This document shows positions 27,590-41,446 of a DNA stretch of 64,000 bases, piece by piece. The DNA comes from Octopus sinensis (taxonomy: Eukaryota). The first letter of the stretch is position 1. Each line of letters starts with the position of its first letter. Below the pieces are notes generated by a model. It ran no database searches and had not been told where the DNA came from. It saw only the letters and a program-made list of their open reading frames with translations. Position numbers and translations under genes: made by a program. The DNA lies in assembly GCF_006345805.1 (NCBI RefSeq), contig NC_042997.1, forward strand, positions 39,060,001 to 39,124,000, read 5' to 3'.

Positions 27590-29610
27590 TGTGCTCATTC
27601 CAAGCGGATGAGTGTTCAAGAAGGGTGGGAATCCGGGTGCAGAATGAACTTCAGCGCCTAATTCGAAGTCCTGTCGTGACTCTTATCAGCAAAGTCGTGT
27701 CTTGCTAAAGGCCGACAATAGTCATTGAAACAGAGGAAGTTATTACTAACTGCACGAAAGATAAATCACCTAGTTTGAGTGGTCTGCCCTATGATTTACG
27801 CTAATATGCCACATTTGTTCAATCACCTCTTAGCAGATGTCTACTTGTACTATAAGCCAAGAAGATTTTACCCAAGAGTTAGCAAAGAGGTTGGCACCTG
27901 TCATCGATGTCTATTGGCTAAGTGCAAATATGTTCCATCACAAATCCCCGACAACCCCGATCAATCCCTGACAACCTCCACATCATGCGATACATTTTAG
28001 AAAAGATCGCTATGAAACCTTATATGGATAGGACGCTAATCAACTTAAATCATTCGAAAGGTTCCAATAGTATCGACCCACTTAACAGTTGTCCTCAAGG
28101 TTTGGATTGCCACAAAGTACTACGATATCTACTCGATAACCAGGGTATATCGCCAACTATCAGAACCTTTCGGTATCAAGCGCTCGGTCTGCCAAGATTG
28201 TACACTCTTGTCTCTTCTTATTGAAACCAGAGTCATCACTACAGAAACTAGAGACATTGAGGGCTATCCCGTGCGAACTAGGATGCAGAAGATCTGTGTC
28301 GGTGTATGCACACAATCACTGTAATAGTGTCAGATACCAAGCATATCGAGATGATCGACACTGCTCTAAAGAAATGAGGCGGTGACAAGAGCGAAAATCA
28401 AGTAGGAAAAGTCCATGCCGTCCAACAGTGCTGTAGGGCGTTGGCCGGGCAGACCGGTTAAATCGCTCGGTATCTAGTTTGACACATGTCTCCAAGTGGA
28501 CAAGAACTGGAACTGGAACAAGGTGACGGGTTGGACAGTCAGTCTCACTCAGAAATGGGCTAAAAAGAAGCTATCCCTGTAAGGCCGAGCAAAGGTGGAA
28601 AATGCCTACATCACATGTCATCTATTTCTACCTGACTGAAGTGGTTTGTTCTATATCTCGTCTGACCAAACTGGGGTATCTGCTCTTTTGCTTTCTGAGA
28701 AGAGGACGCGTTCTACTGGTCAAACACTCGACTTCCTATCAACGCCCGCTGAGTGGAGGACTGGATATGCAGTAGCTGATGATGCGATAGCATGCGCTGA
28801 GGCTACGACACCTCCAGTTTGATGGTAAGTTTTTTTCTTTTCAGGCGTGCTTTTCCACAGTTGTCTTTTTTTTTCTTGACTGGGTTGTTGTCCTGAGTCA
28901 GTGTGAGGACACTTTGCATCTAGAATGTCCTCAAAGGCTTACAGATCTCTCTTCCAGTCAGACAAAAGCGGTCGGTGTAAACTCCACATTAGTATCCTAT
29001 ACAGAATTAGTAGTGAAAAGAGCGATGATGTTCATGAGAATACTCTGATCGTCAATGAATACTCTGATCGTCATCGGAATAATTTTCGATCCAGAGCTCA
29101 TAACTTGTCCGAGATGTGTGCACTTGTCCAGTGCCCGAGCTGACTTATGAATTTATGTCGAACGGTTGCTGTCATGCGTAGGATAGGTCTGACGATCAGC
29201 TGAGGCCATTGTGAAACTCTCCTCCCCACCTCTTTTGGTTTAGAAAGGCAGGAAGTTCTGTCTGGTAACTTTGACGAAAGAAATTGAGTTCAGGACGGAA
29301 CTGAAAGGGTTAAAGGTAGATTCATTCCTCTTTGGTCAAGCATTCATCAAATTTGTCAGGTTTCACTTGAAAAGGAAACTGGGGCTGGAGAGGGAAGTGT
29401 TGCCTCCTGTAAATTTCTTGAAAGGTATAAGAAAGTGGCATAAATGGGTCTACTTTGCTTCTTTGGTCATGTACTTTTATAGAAGAGTGCTTGCTCAAGT
29501 GATCGGGGTTACCGTGCTTTGAGTGGGTGGTGTTCCACGGGTAGTCCTTCGATGTTCCATCCCCCATTGGGGTATCTTTCTTTTTAAATGTTTTATAACT
29601 ATTGTTTTTG
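27590..29610 (+). mobile_element. Tx1/L1-clade LINE remnant (RT and C-terminus)
   Basis: RSIPDNLHIMRYILEK and TLINLNHSKG resemble GRSIHDNLHL and LINLDQSKAFD. Also NWNKVT...LTQKWAKKKLSL*GRA and LEREVL..F...W near the C-terminus. Many stops and deletions; T-rich 3' end. Confidence 0.72.
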
Positions 29611-29647
29611 TTTTTAGTTTGAGTACAGGTTTAAACCCCAATGTTTA

Positions 29648-29880
29648 AACCTATTTCTTTACTACCCACAAGGGGCTAGACACAGAGAGGACAAACAAGG
29701 ACAAACGGATTAAGTCGATTATATCGACCCCAGTGCGTAACTGGTACTTATTTAATCGACCCCGAAAGGATGAAAGGCAAAGTCAACCTCGGCGGAATTT
29801 GAACTCAGAACGTAACAGCAGACGAAATACGGCTACGCATTTCGCCCGGCATGCTAACGATTCTGCCAGCTCACCACACT
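29648..29880 (-). mobile_element. SINE family C with 15-bp TSD (CCCAATGTTTAAACC)
   Basis: Consensus match and TSD. Confidence 0.88.
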
Positions 29881-30049
29881 TCCCAATGTTTAAACCGTTA
29901 AGTCAATCTTCTCAGTCTGGAAGTTCTGTTATTCCTTTAGTATATTTACATTTGTTAAAATGTTGTAAATATACTAAATAAATGAAAAAGGAAGCTTTCA
30001 TTACAGTTTTTGGTAAAATTAATGAACTAGTTAACTACCTTGTAAGAAT

Positions 30050-30880
30050 TTAAGCATAGTTTAAAGTTTAGTAAAAAGAGACTGACTAATGTTAGTGACA
30101 GAGAATGAAATGGATTTCTATGTTGAGAATGGAATAAATTAAGGAAATTGCTGTTATACGCAAATTTTAGCAACTCTCGTTCACCGAATTAACGTGAAAT
30201 AAGAATTTCAGGGAAATTATCGAAAACGAATCATCAATGTCTATTATTATTGATGCTTCATTAATTTCAAGGAAATTTGTGCTCATAGATTTTCCCTAAA
30301 ATATACATTAGACGATTGTTCGACAATGTTTCTTGATTTGGTAGAATTAAAAGCAACGAAGGCAGAAAATATTTATAATGTGTTCCAAGGAACGTTAAAT
30401 GATGCAAGATTTTACACAGAACATTTAAAGATAAATTTAATAGCCTTTTGTTCTGACGGGGCGAATATCATGCTTGGGCGAAAATTGGAGTTACTACAAG
30501 ATTAATTCAAGAATTCCCACAGGTTAAAATTTAGCATTGGGTTATTGATTACAAGTTGTTTTAGATGATGCTATGAAGGAAATCAATGAAATATGCTATT
30601 TCAAGAATTTTGGAAACAAGGTTTATGCTAATTCTTCATGAGCTTAATAGAGGTCAGCTGCAGGTTTAAAAAATTTTCTGCAGAACTATATGTATTAAAA
30701 TAGCCAATAGTCAACGATGAGCTTCCTAAACTTTAAATCTGCTAAAGCAATACGGAAAGATAATCCAATTCTTTACAGATTTTTCTTCAAAATAAGTACC
30801 TTCGCAGCACAAAAATGATTAAAAATACAAAGCATTTGTAAGGGATTTGGCATTACTAATCGAGATTTTGGAGGAAATTG
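30050..30880 (+). pseudogene. hAT-superfamily transposase remnant
   Basis: Manual translation: [23 protein letters not shown] and [17 protein letters not shown] (first two catalytic-D motifs). Frameshifted. Confidence 0.7.
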
Positions 30881-30881
30881 C

Positions 30882-32235
30882 ATTATCACCTCCGCTAAGG
30901 AAGGAGGTTATGTTTTCATCGGCGTTAGTTTGTCCGTCTGTCAGACTGTGTGCAAAATAACTCAAAAATTTGTGAAGATTATTTGATGAAACTTGCAGAA
31001 AAAGCTGGTAATGACACAACAAACAGATGATGAAATTTTGGTAATGATCCGGGAATTTTTATGGATTCTTGCAGGATTTTTCATTTGTTACATTTACTTT
31101 ACATGAAGTATTACAATGTTACGTTCTTTGATTATCTCCCTTGAAAACACGATCATTGTTTCCACGTAACCTATGGTGGCGTTGCTGTTTCCAAAGTTTA
31201 TTTTCGTTTCTCTATTAGTAATTTTACTCGCGTATCTATCTTAAAATGAGCTGCTTGGCGGAGGTCAGCGGAGGATGACATGACAAGTCTTGACTATTGG
31301 GATCGACTCAAAAAGCTCAGACTTTGCTCCCTCCACCGCCGCTGTGAGCTCTATATCATCTGTATGATGTGGAAAATATTCCATCAACATTGCAAATCTT
31401 TAAAATTCGTCCGAGGCTTGGCCCCCGTGCCATCCGCCCACTACAGAAATGTTCGTGTCGTATCACAACACTAAGGCAGAACTATTTCACCTCAATTGGC
31501 CCTGCTCTCTTCAACATCGTGCCAGACACATATAGGCGGAAAGTGACTTCACGGCATTCAAACGATCCCTAGTTGATTACACTCAACAAATACCAGATAA
31601 ACCACCCTCACTCAGATATGTCTCTGAAAACAATAACCCTCTGCTTGAATGAGCTACGGTTCCCCGTAGCTGACTGTGTATCTCTTCCAGGTGGTGCTAT
31701 TAAATTAGACATGACCTGAGTCAACTTCGGTCGAAACTAATCTATGCTGTAACCTTTTAATCAAAGCATGACAACGTGGGTAGAGGCTGATATCTTAACA
31801 TTTCTGATGGTCTTAAATATAAAAATAATTGTTAAAGATTTATATAGAACTACACTCAGAGTATGTCTATAAGCTATTGTGTTTAGGCCTGGTTTCTATC
31901 CTCGAACTATTCCGTTTTGTAGATGCAATTATTTTTTTAATAAAGCACTCCGAAATTAGAAAAATCAAAACTCTGCAACAATCTTGGTCCCATGAATATC
32001 GGATAATGGATTTTCAATTGTGTAAAGAAACTGATTGTGGTGATCGTTGATTTCACGATGATTGTGGCGAAAGCAGAGACAGTGTTGATGATGATGATGG
32101 TCTAGATAAGTATGGGAGGAGATTATGTTTTTGCCGGTGTTGGTTTGGGAAATTGGGCGATTTTCAGCATGCGTGTATATGGGTGGAAATGAGCTGCTTG
32201 GCGGAGGTTTGCGCTCTCCGAGTGCTTTTCTATTT
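30882..32235 (+). mobile_element. Helentron/HINE-like element pieces with subterminal inverted repeats
   Basis: 5' CACCTCCGCTAAG...GGAGGTTATGTTTTC. Complementary CTTGGCGGAGG at about 31255 and 32197, the latter followed by GCGCTCTCCGAGTGC hairpin-like end. Confidence 0.55.
31272..31740 (+). mobile_element. CR1/L2-group LINE 3' fragment
   Basis: LDYWDRLKKLRLCSLHRRCELYII..MWKIF and FTSIGPALFNIVP motifs. Confidence 0.7.
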
Positions 32236-33189
32236 ATAACCTACGCTCCAAGGAAAACACTCGAGTTTCTGAAGAGCAAATAAACGCATTAAGCCTACAG
32301 TTAATTTTTTATGCGGTTATAACATACAGTAAATTTGATATGCATGAAAATATAATTAATGAAGTGACGTTTTCAAATGCTCTGGCTTTAAAGAAAAGGA
32401 AAAGTTTAAATATCAGCTATAAGAAAAATGAAAATAGGATATAATTAATGAATTGTAAGCAAATGAAAATAACACATGCTGTTTAAAATGATAATTTAGG
32501 TTTTGATAATAATAGCCCTAAACTTGTTGAATTATTATGTTTTCGAATCCACTTCATAGAACATTGTAGAAGTCAGATATTTTGGAGAAAAAATTAGCCC
32601 GAACGAAATAAAATCTGAAAATGTGAAATTAGCACATAAAATGTTTTATTTTGTGCACATTTTTGTAATTCTAGATTGATATGCAACACATAAAGCAGTA
32701 GTAACAGTATTGTAATCTACTTAACAACAGCTCTGGGGGACAAACTTTGTTCTGCGATTTGGTGTTCTCATGTAAAGATGCTTTCTTGACGCAGCGTATG
32801 TGCATGTACCATAGAGTTAACTATAAAAAGATACGGATTTGTCAGTTCAGTTCCAGAAATCCTGAGTGTCTGTCCCTGAGGCCCGATAGTCATTGAAAAA
32901 AACGATAGCACTGGAAACTGAAGATGTTTGACTTCAAATATCATAACTGAAGGGAAGAAAGATATATGTGAAATAAAAACATCTTCCTTAGACCAGTGAT
33001 AATGGTAAACTCAAGCAAATGCACAAAAGTTTTCACAGCTAGTCTTCTACCGTTACAGAGTTGTGGTACTTCCAAATTTCGTAGCAACATAAAGGGTGCT
33101 TTACTTCCAATTCTACAGGGTGTCCCAGAATTAACTATCTACATCAGTGAAATCTTTTAAAACGTTCACTTTTACTTATGTTTATTATA

Positions 33190-34443
33190 TCAGATCATCC
33201 CATAAGTTCTGTCCGATTTTACTTTTTTTTAAATTGAATGAAATTTAATAGTATTTTAGAATGTCTAATAGAATTAAAAATCATTTTTATGGATTTGTGT
33301 ACTTTTAAACTAATTAAATATTATTTTACAGAATAATAGAATTAAAATTTCGTTGATTAAAACCCTTTCTAACATGGAAGTATACAAAGAGCATTTAAGG
33401 TACTTAATGCTTTTTGACTACAAAAAATGAAACTTTACAGCCGAAGCGACTCGAAACATACACTCAGTTTATCGGAAAGAATGCTTGAATGAAAGAACTT
33501 GCAGAAGATGGCTTGCAAAATTCAAAATTCAGCCTTGAAGATGAAGATCGAACAGGACGTCCTGTTGAGTTTGATGATAAGCTCCTTGAGGCATTACTTG
33601 AAAAAAATCCTGCATCATCAGTTGAAGAATTGGCAATAAAGCTTAGTTCAAACAATACAACTGTTCATCGTCATCTTCAACAACTTGGAAAGGTTCCTAA
33701 ACTTGGAAAATGAGTGCTTCATGAATCCCGAGTTGACATCTGCTCTTCTTTCCATTCTCGCGAACTCATTTCACCCTTTTTGGATAGACTTGTGACTGGT
33801 GATGAAAACTGGATCTTCTATCGAAATGTTAAACGTCGTAAACTGTAGCTTGGTAAAAGGGAAAAAGCTCAACCACAACCGAGAAGGAAACTTCATGGGA
33901 AAAGGTTCTTCTCTCTATCTGGTGGGATTGCAACGGAGTAATTCACTTTGAATTGTTACCACCTAATGCAACAATTAATGCTGAAGTTTACTGTCAGCAA
34001 TTACAGGGTTTGAACCAAACTAGAAGAAAAAAAGACCCGCTTTAGTGAATCGAAAAGGAGTGATGTTTCATCAGGACAATGCGTGACCCCGCACTACAAA
34101 GATCACATCACAGAAGATCGAAGAGCTTGGTTGGGAAAAAATTCCTCATCCACCTTATTCTCCCGACCTTGCACCTTCAGACTACCATTTGCTTCGTAGT
34201 TTGCAGAATCATTTGGGGGACATAACCTTCGCAAGCCAGGAGGAGGTCGAAACTGACATTTCAGGGTTCTTCGCTTTGAAACCAAGAGTTTTACATTGAT
34301 TGGATTAAAAAGTTTGTAAATAGATGGAAGGAAGTCATAGATAATCAGGGAAAGTACATTGATGATTAAATTTCAATTAAATATAACATTGATCACTTGT
34401 TTTCTTTATTCAAAATTCGGACAGAACTTATGGGATGATCTGA
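33190..34443 (+). mobile_element. Full-length decayed mariner element, DD34D
   Basis: 27-bp perfect TIR TCAGATCATCCCATAAGTTCTGTCCGA, TA TSD. Transposase about 33374-34369 with LVTGDENW, HQDNA and HPPYSPDLAPSDYHL (34-residue spacing). Stops and frameshifts. Confidence 0.95.
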
Positions 34444-34805
34444 TATTTAATATGTGTTAAAAGAGTATAATTTTTTTTTAATAATTTTTTTGATATTTTT
34501 TTATAAATTTATTTTCTTACCTGTTGGATCTCGCTTATTTGTCACGACAGCTTTTTTTTTTCAATTTGGCTGCAATCATTTTCTCTGCCTCTATCCTAGG
34601 ATGAAGAAATAGTTTAGCTGAGGTTAAAGAACTCATTCATTTAGCAGTGCAGGAGATAAATCCTGAAATGCTTCAAAGTGTACTTCGCAACGCTAAGGGT
34701 AGATTTGAAATTTGCAGGAATAACAAACGGAGTACTTGTTAAAAATTTTCAATGAACTTTTGAAGTTAGATTTATAAATCTGTTTGTTTTGGTATCATAA
34801 TTAAG

Positions 34806-35210
34806 TAAGAAGTGTCTGTGTGGTAAGTAGCTTGCCTACCAACCACATGGTTCCGGGTTCAGTCCCACTGCGTGGCATCTTGGGCAAGTGTCTTCTGCTA
34901 TAGCCCCGGGCCGACCTTGTGAGTGGATTTGGTAGACGGAAACTGAAAGAAGCCCGTCGTATATATGTATATATGTATATGTATGTGTGTGTTTGTGTGT
35001 CTGTGTTTGTCCCCCTAGCATTGCTTGACAACCGATGCTGGTGTGTTTACGTCCCCGTCACTTAGCGGTTCGGCAAAAACAGACCGATAGAATAGGTACT
35101 AGGCTTACAAAGAATAAGTTCCGGGGTCGATTTGCTCGACTAAAGGCGGTGCTCCAGCATGGCCGCAGTCAAATGACTGAAACAAGTAAAAGAGAGTAAA
35201 AGAGAGTAAT
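34806..35210 (+). mobile_element. SINE family B nested in the outer Tc1-like element
   Basis: Consensus match. Confidence 0.9.
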
Positions 35211-35544
35211 AAAGATAAAATTCTGTCATTTTTTTTTTAAATTTGCCCGATTTCATTGACATAGATAGTTAATTCTGGGACACCCTGTATATTGTGGAGG
35301 ACACTTGTGGGTTGGAGATAATTGAAAAACTGTTTGACAGATGGCAGCATTGTTAACGTTGCCTAGAAAGTAGATTAATTTGTAGCCTCTGGATTGGGTT
35401 GATACCTGCTGTTGAATAATGGTGATACAAATATCCTAGACGATGTCATTTGGGGGAGCTACGCTGGCACATATATGCATGTGTGTATGCGTGCTTGTGT
35501 GTGTTTGCATGTAGCTAGTTAGATGTAGTTATAGATATACATGT

Positions 35545-36046
35545 GTATGTATATTTTATTATTTTAAACCTTCCACTGAGGAGGGAGCCGGTTTCCAACA
35601 AGGATACAAGGCTCCAATTTTGGGATACAATTCACATTTAGAACTTGAGAAAAGTCTTGCATATTTTTACTGTTCCACTCACAGATTACACTTGTAATGT
35701 ACGAATTAGCCGGTCGATTTCTCCTTCTAAAAATCCCAGTTTATCCTGGTTCTCCTTTAAGCATTTACTAACAAAATCTAGTGCTCCAGTTATTGGAAAG
35801 TATGTGAATTCAAAGTCTTGATATAGAAGCTGGAGGTTTTGAAGCAGTTGTTCATAGATACCCTCCTTTTCTTTGATTTTCAAAGAGATAGTTATATTTG
35901 TAGAGCTGCTAGCATCTATGGCGGTACATAACCCCTCTGTTCCAAACAACAATATCTCGGTCTGTTATGTTTACATTTGACAGAAGTTTTGATGAGAATA
36001 TTCCACCAGTATTCCTTAAGTTGGTGTTTATGAATTTGTTCGTATG
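35545..36046 (-). mobile_element. RLE-type (R2-superclade) non-LTR retrotransposon 3' fragment
   Basis: Frameshift-corrected KCKHNRPDIVVWNR...CTAID...ISLKIKEKEGIY...PITGAL. The 3' UTR ends in AAATAAATAAA. Confidence 0.65.
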
Positions 36047-36048
36047 TA

Positions 36049-36560
36049 CCGTAAATCCTCGAGTATAGTCCGCCCTTGAGTATAATACGCAGGGGATTTT
36101 TAGGAGGCTGTACCTCTGAAAAACCTAAACCTTGTGTATAATACGCAACCCTTCTCTAACTTGAGTCAAGGAGGTCTATATAACGTCCTTGGTTTGTAAA
36201 ACTGTATACGGTAACGTCCTTTATTATTATTGTATATATAACATAATGCAAACGTGTAGCCTTTTTGTGAATTTTGTTCGCAGAAAATAAAGAAATAACA
36301 GTAATAATATTTCATAAATGTTGCTTACTACAAGTTATGGATGATTCTTTTATGATTTCATTGCTTTCAGGCTTAGCTTAAGGTATTTTCTCGCCCGACA
36401 TCACAAAATGCGTCTGAATAAACATTGTCGGAGAGCAAATAGAGACTCGGACATTGCATAGAAAATAATTTTCATTTTTAACCTCGTATATAGTACACAC
36501 TAGGGATTTTGACCTTTAAATTTTGGGGGGAAAATGCGGATTATACTCGAGGATTTACGG
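36049..36560. mobile_element. Tc2/pogo-type MITE
   Basis: 25-bp TIR CCGTAAATCCTCGAGTATA(G/A)TCCGC, TA TSD. Confidence 0.88.
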
Positions 36561-37138
36561 TATGCAGATAATGAGAGATGCGTGAGGAAGTATAATTATG
36601 AGAGTGAGATAGACAGATTTTTAAAAAGACTGAATGAGAAAGAAAAACTAAGCTTAACGTGACAAGCTGACAATGTTGCTATACTTTACACTAACACTCC
36701 TATTCAACTACTCACTCCAATATAACTTTTAGTCTCCTTATGTTTTTCTTCACTCATCCCTACATTAGTCCAAGAGAACCTCAAACCAGAGATTTTTTTC
36801 TCGTGTATTATTTTCCATTGCATCTGGATCTCCTTTCAAAGTTTGCTAAAGATTCGTTGAAAACTGACGACGGTTGTTCAAGACAAACAGCGAAACTTAC
36901 ACGCGCGCACACACAAACGCACACACACACACACACATACACACACGCATACAAACACACACTCCTATATGTATGTATGTATATATATATTATATATATA
37001 TATATAATATATATATATATGAAAACCATAGAATGGGAGCAAGCGCTAATCCGAATGATATGATATATATGTAAAAAATGTAATATATAAATAAATATCT
37101 ACAAATATGAACCATCTGATCTGATACCTCAATTTTCT

Positions 37139-37180
<42 letters not shown>

Positions 37181-37249
37181 CATATATATATACACACACA
37201 CATATATATACATATGCATATTTTGTGTATGTATGTGTATATATATATA

Positions 37250-37806
<557 letters not shown>

Positions 37807-38877
37807 CATACATATATATATCCACTTATCCACTCTTGTATTATTTAGAAAAGTAAATCAAGTTAAAATCGCAACAGGTTCCACCAAAGCAGAAAGAAGT
37901 TTCCGTTGAAGAATAGTATTTGTAGTGATAAAAGTGCAAGCTTACCAACGGAATGCATCGTACTTTATGACAATCGATTTCTGAGAGAACCCATTAAGCC
38001 TCCGGTGCTCGTTATTGTTTTACAAATGATGGATGAGATGCCATCGATCCACTGTAGGTTCTGGAGTTTGAGTGCATCCCATGCAAAACCAACTTATAAG
38101 CAATTACTGCAATATATATATATAATTGCTTAAACTCTTCAAGAGAAAAATAAATATATCAGCAGAAGTATCGTTTCTTTTCGAATATTGACCTATAGAT
38201 GTTGAGGTTAAGTATCTTCGTATTAGTTTCCACAGTTTTGGAGGGCTTCTCTGGAGTATTATTCCTCCTCATCCTCCTCCTCCTTCTCCTCTTATTCCTC
38301 TGAACATCTTATAAAGAGATATCTTCCTTTCTTTATATAGAATTGTCCGTTTCGCATTGCAACAAATGCTGAAAGTAGAAATTGTATCTTCCAACACGCT
38401 AATGCTTGTGGTTCAAAATTATTTTCTAAGTGTCAGTTCCATAATGACTTGGCACATTCATTAAATTTGCTATGATTAATAAAGCAAATCAAATATACAA
38501 TAATATGCGTGTGTGTATGTGTGTGAATGTGTGTGTGTGTGTCTGTCTGTGTTGTAATGTAAATATGTAAATAGAATTTTACAGTTGATTTTAACACAAA
38601 CCTAAGAAATTACTTTCTTCTTATACTTGTTTCTCAACACCATTTTAAAGCTTTAGTCAAAAAAGTCGATTCAAGTACTTTCTTTATGTCTGGAACTTAT
38701 TTTAATGGTCTTTTGCAGAACCACTAAACTACGGGTATGTAACTAAACCAATATCGGTTTTCAAGCGGAGTACGAACAAATTCTTGTTTTCTCCATTTCA
38801 GAGTACACAACTTGCCGTAAATTTTTGATTCTAACACTTTTTTCCGATTTATTTATGGAATATTATATAGTAAACAT

Positions 38878-39260
38878 GGAAGCACTCCGTCGGTTACGAC
38901 GACGAGGGTTCCGGTTTATCCGATCAACGGAACAGCCTGCTCGTGAAATTAACGTGTAAGTGGCTGAGCACTCCACAGACACGTGTACCCTTAACGTAGT
39001 TCTCGGGGATATTCAGCGTGACACAGAGAGTGACAAGGCCGGCCCTTTGAAATACAGGTACAACAGAAACAGGAAGTAAGAGTGAGAGAATGTTGTGGTG
39101 AAAGAGTACAGCAGGGATCACCACCATCCCCTGCCGGAGCCTCGTGGAGCTTTAGGTGATTTTACTCAATAAACACTCACAACGCCCGGTCTGGGAATCG
39201 AAACCGCGATCCTATGACCGCGAGTCCGCTGCCCTAACCACTGGGCCATTGCGCCTCCAC
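38878..39260 (-). mobile_element. SINE family A with 11-bp TSD (ATAGTAAACAT)
   Basis: Consensus match and TSD. Confidence 0.92.
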
Positions 39261-40511
39261 ATAGTAAACATATATCTATAATGATAAAAGTTAAATTCTG
39301 TCTGTCCGTCTGAGACCCTGTATCTCAGGCTACATTTGCTCTACATAGAAATATTATACCTTTTTGGAATCAGTATGATCCCGGAATTGAAAATCTGCCC
39401 TTCATTTGGTTCTTGAACACCTAGCATTGGGATCTGATTTAAAAGTATTTGGCTTGCTATTTCTAGAAGGTAAAGCTTGGATGATTCGTGCTATCATGGT
39501 GGCGTTTGTCAGATGACGTCAGATATTAAGAGGGAGATAAATGACATTTGCTTTGTTAATTTTACGTCGAGATTAAGAACTTTGGGACAAAATCGCCAAT
39601 AGTTGTAATCCAACTTGGAAATGGAACAATTGAATGATTGCATTACAGAATTAATTCTCCTACTGATCCTCCGATGAGAAATCTATTAACCGTACTTCTC
39701 TTTACTACAATGACGTTAAAAGACGGTGTTTACATACAGAACAAAGCTGATATTCATAAACACAAAAGAAAATAGGATACTAAATACTATGTGACATAAT
39801 CCCCTCTATAGTTTTATATATGTCCATTTCAATGTTTCCAAGACTTTCTTAACCTCATGAATAAACATTATCCCGCAGACCTTAACTTCTGATCAAACAC
39901 CACCGGGGCATATAGTCGTTATAGACGTATTATAGCCATGCAATTTAGGTCTCTTTAGTTTTGGGTCGCAAGCCCAATTAGCCTCTGTGGGAGCTAACTT
40001 AAAAGTCTGCACGGAGTGCAGCTTTTTAAGTTAGTTATATAATAAACATGGGTTTACTATTCTGAAAGATAAAATTAGTATAGAGGTTAAAATTTAAAGT
40101 TAGGGATTAAGACTTAAGAACTAGAGTTAAAAATCGGGGATGGATGTATAGTTTACCGCCTAGGGCTAAGGTTTGGGATTAGGATTACGATCAGGGTTGG
40201 CAAGAGAAGATGAAAATTGAAAACATTGAACCGTGAATTTTTAACAGAATCTCATTTCTCAATGTTTGCAACTTAGAAATTTGAAGAAACGTAAATGGGT
40301 CACCAATTTGAGATAGAGTTTTATTTCGTCTATAGTAGTTATTTTATAACAACTAATGATTCGAACATTAATCTTATGCATATTAGGAATTCTTCGCTAT
40401 TTTATGATCATTCTTTTGAAGACAGTAATCGTTCAGTAATCGTTTGATATAATCATAGTATCGTATGATTGGACTGGAGGCTGTGAATCGATAAGATTGT
40501 ACATCTGAGAC

Positions 40512-40825
40512 TTATTTCTTTATTGCCCACAAGGGGCTAAACATAGAGGGGATAAACAAGGACAGACAAAGGGATTAAGTCGATTACAACGACCCCAGTG
40601 CGTAACTAGTATTTAATTTATCGACGCCGAAAGGATGAAAAGCAAAGTCGACCTCGGCGGAATTTGAACTCAGAAAGTAACGGCAGTCGAAATACCTATT
40701 TCTTTACTACCCACAAGGGGCTAAGCACAGAGAGGACAAACAAGGACAGACAAACGGATTAAGTCGATTATATCGACCCCAGTGCGTAACTGATACTTAT
40801 TAACGTTTCTACCAGCTCGCCGCCT
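40512..40825 (-). mobile_element. SINE family C, internally duplicated or self-nested copy with about 23-bp TSD
   Basis: The tail/body occurs twice and the head once; flanked by ATTGTACATCTG(A/G)GACTTATTTC. Confidence 0.85.
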
Positions 40826-41169
40826 AATTGTACATCTGGGACTTATTTCGGAAGAGATTCTGTTCTACATAATTTGGTCCCTTCTAGGATAACTAACTAT
40901 TCATTTTGCAAAGTGTAAATGGCCACACAATGAATATTGTGAGGAAGGACTCGTCAACATATGAAAAGAATTAGATTTTAAGCCCAGACTAGATACAAAT
41001 CTAAGTGTAGTTAATGTTTTTATAACTTTAGATTCAAGTACTTACCGATAAATATTATCCTTATTATGAACTTCATTAATAAGAAATTGCAGTGTATTAA
41101 CATGAACTCTAACTGTCCCTCACACTTATCAAATAATATTAGCAAGAGTGGTTATGTGGTAAGAAGCAA

Positions 41170-41360
41170 GCTTCTTGCCACATAACCACGCGAGCTGGCA
41201 GAAACGTTAGCACGCCAGGCGAAATGCGTAGCCCTATTTCGTCTGCCGTTAAGTTCTGAGTTCAAATTCCGCCGAGGTCAACTTTGCCTTTCATCCTTTG
41301 GGGGTCGATTAAATAAGTACCAGTTACGCACTGGGATCGATATAATCGATTTAATCCGTT
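41170..41360 (+). mobile_element. SINE family C, 3'-truncated
   Basis: Consensus match. Confidence 0.85.
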
Positions 41361-41446
41361 AATGACATTTTACTTTTCTTTTTCCTCTTTTTTCACGTAA
41401 TCATTATCTCATGAATTTTTTTTCTACTCTTTATACATTGTGCAGA

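Larger units (their letters stand above)
33116..35287 (+). mobile_element. Internally deleted Tc1/mariner-superfamily element (outer host of a nested stack)
   Basis: TIR CAGGGTGTCCCAGAATTAACTATCTA (26 bp perfect, extending imperfectly to about 39 bp), TA on both sides. Transposase C-terminal remnant at about 34620-34750. Confidence 0.85.

Noticed and set aside
38340-38475. Possible terminal exon NCPFRIATNAESRNCIFQHANACGSKLFSKCQFHNDLAHSLNLL* after a pyrimidine tract
   Set aside because: No recognisable homology and no supporting upstream exon.
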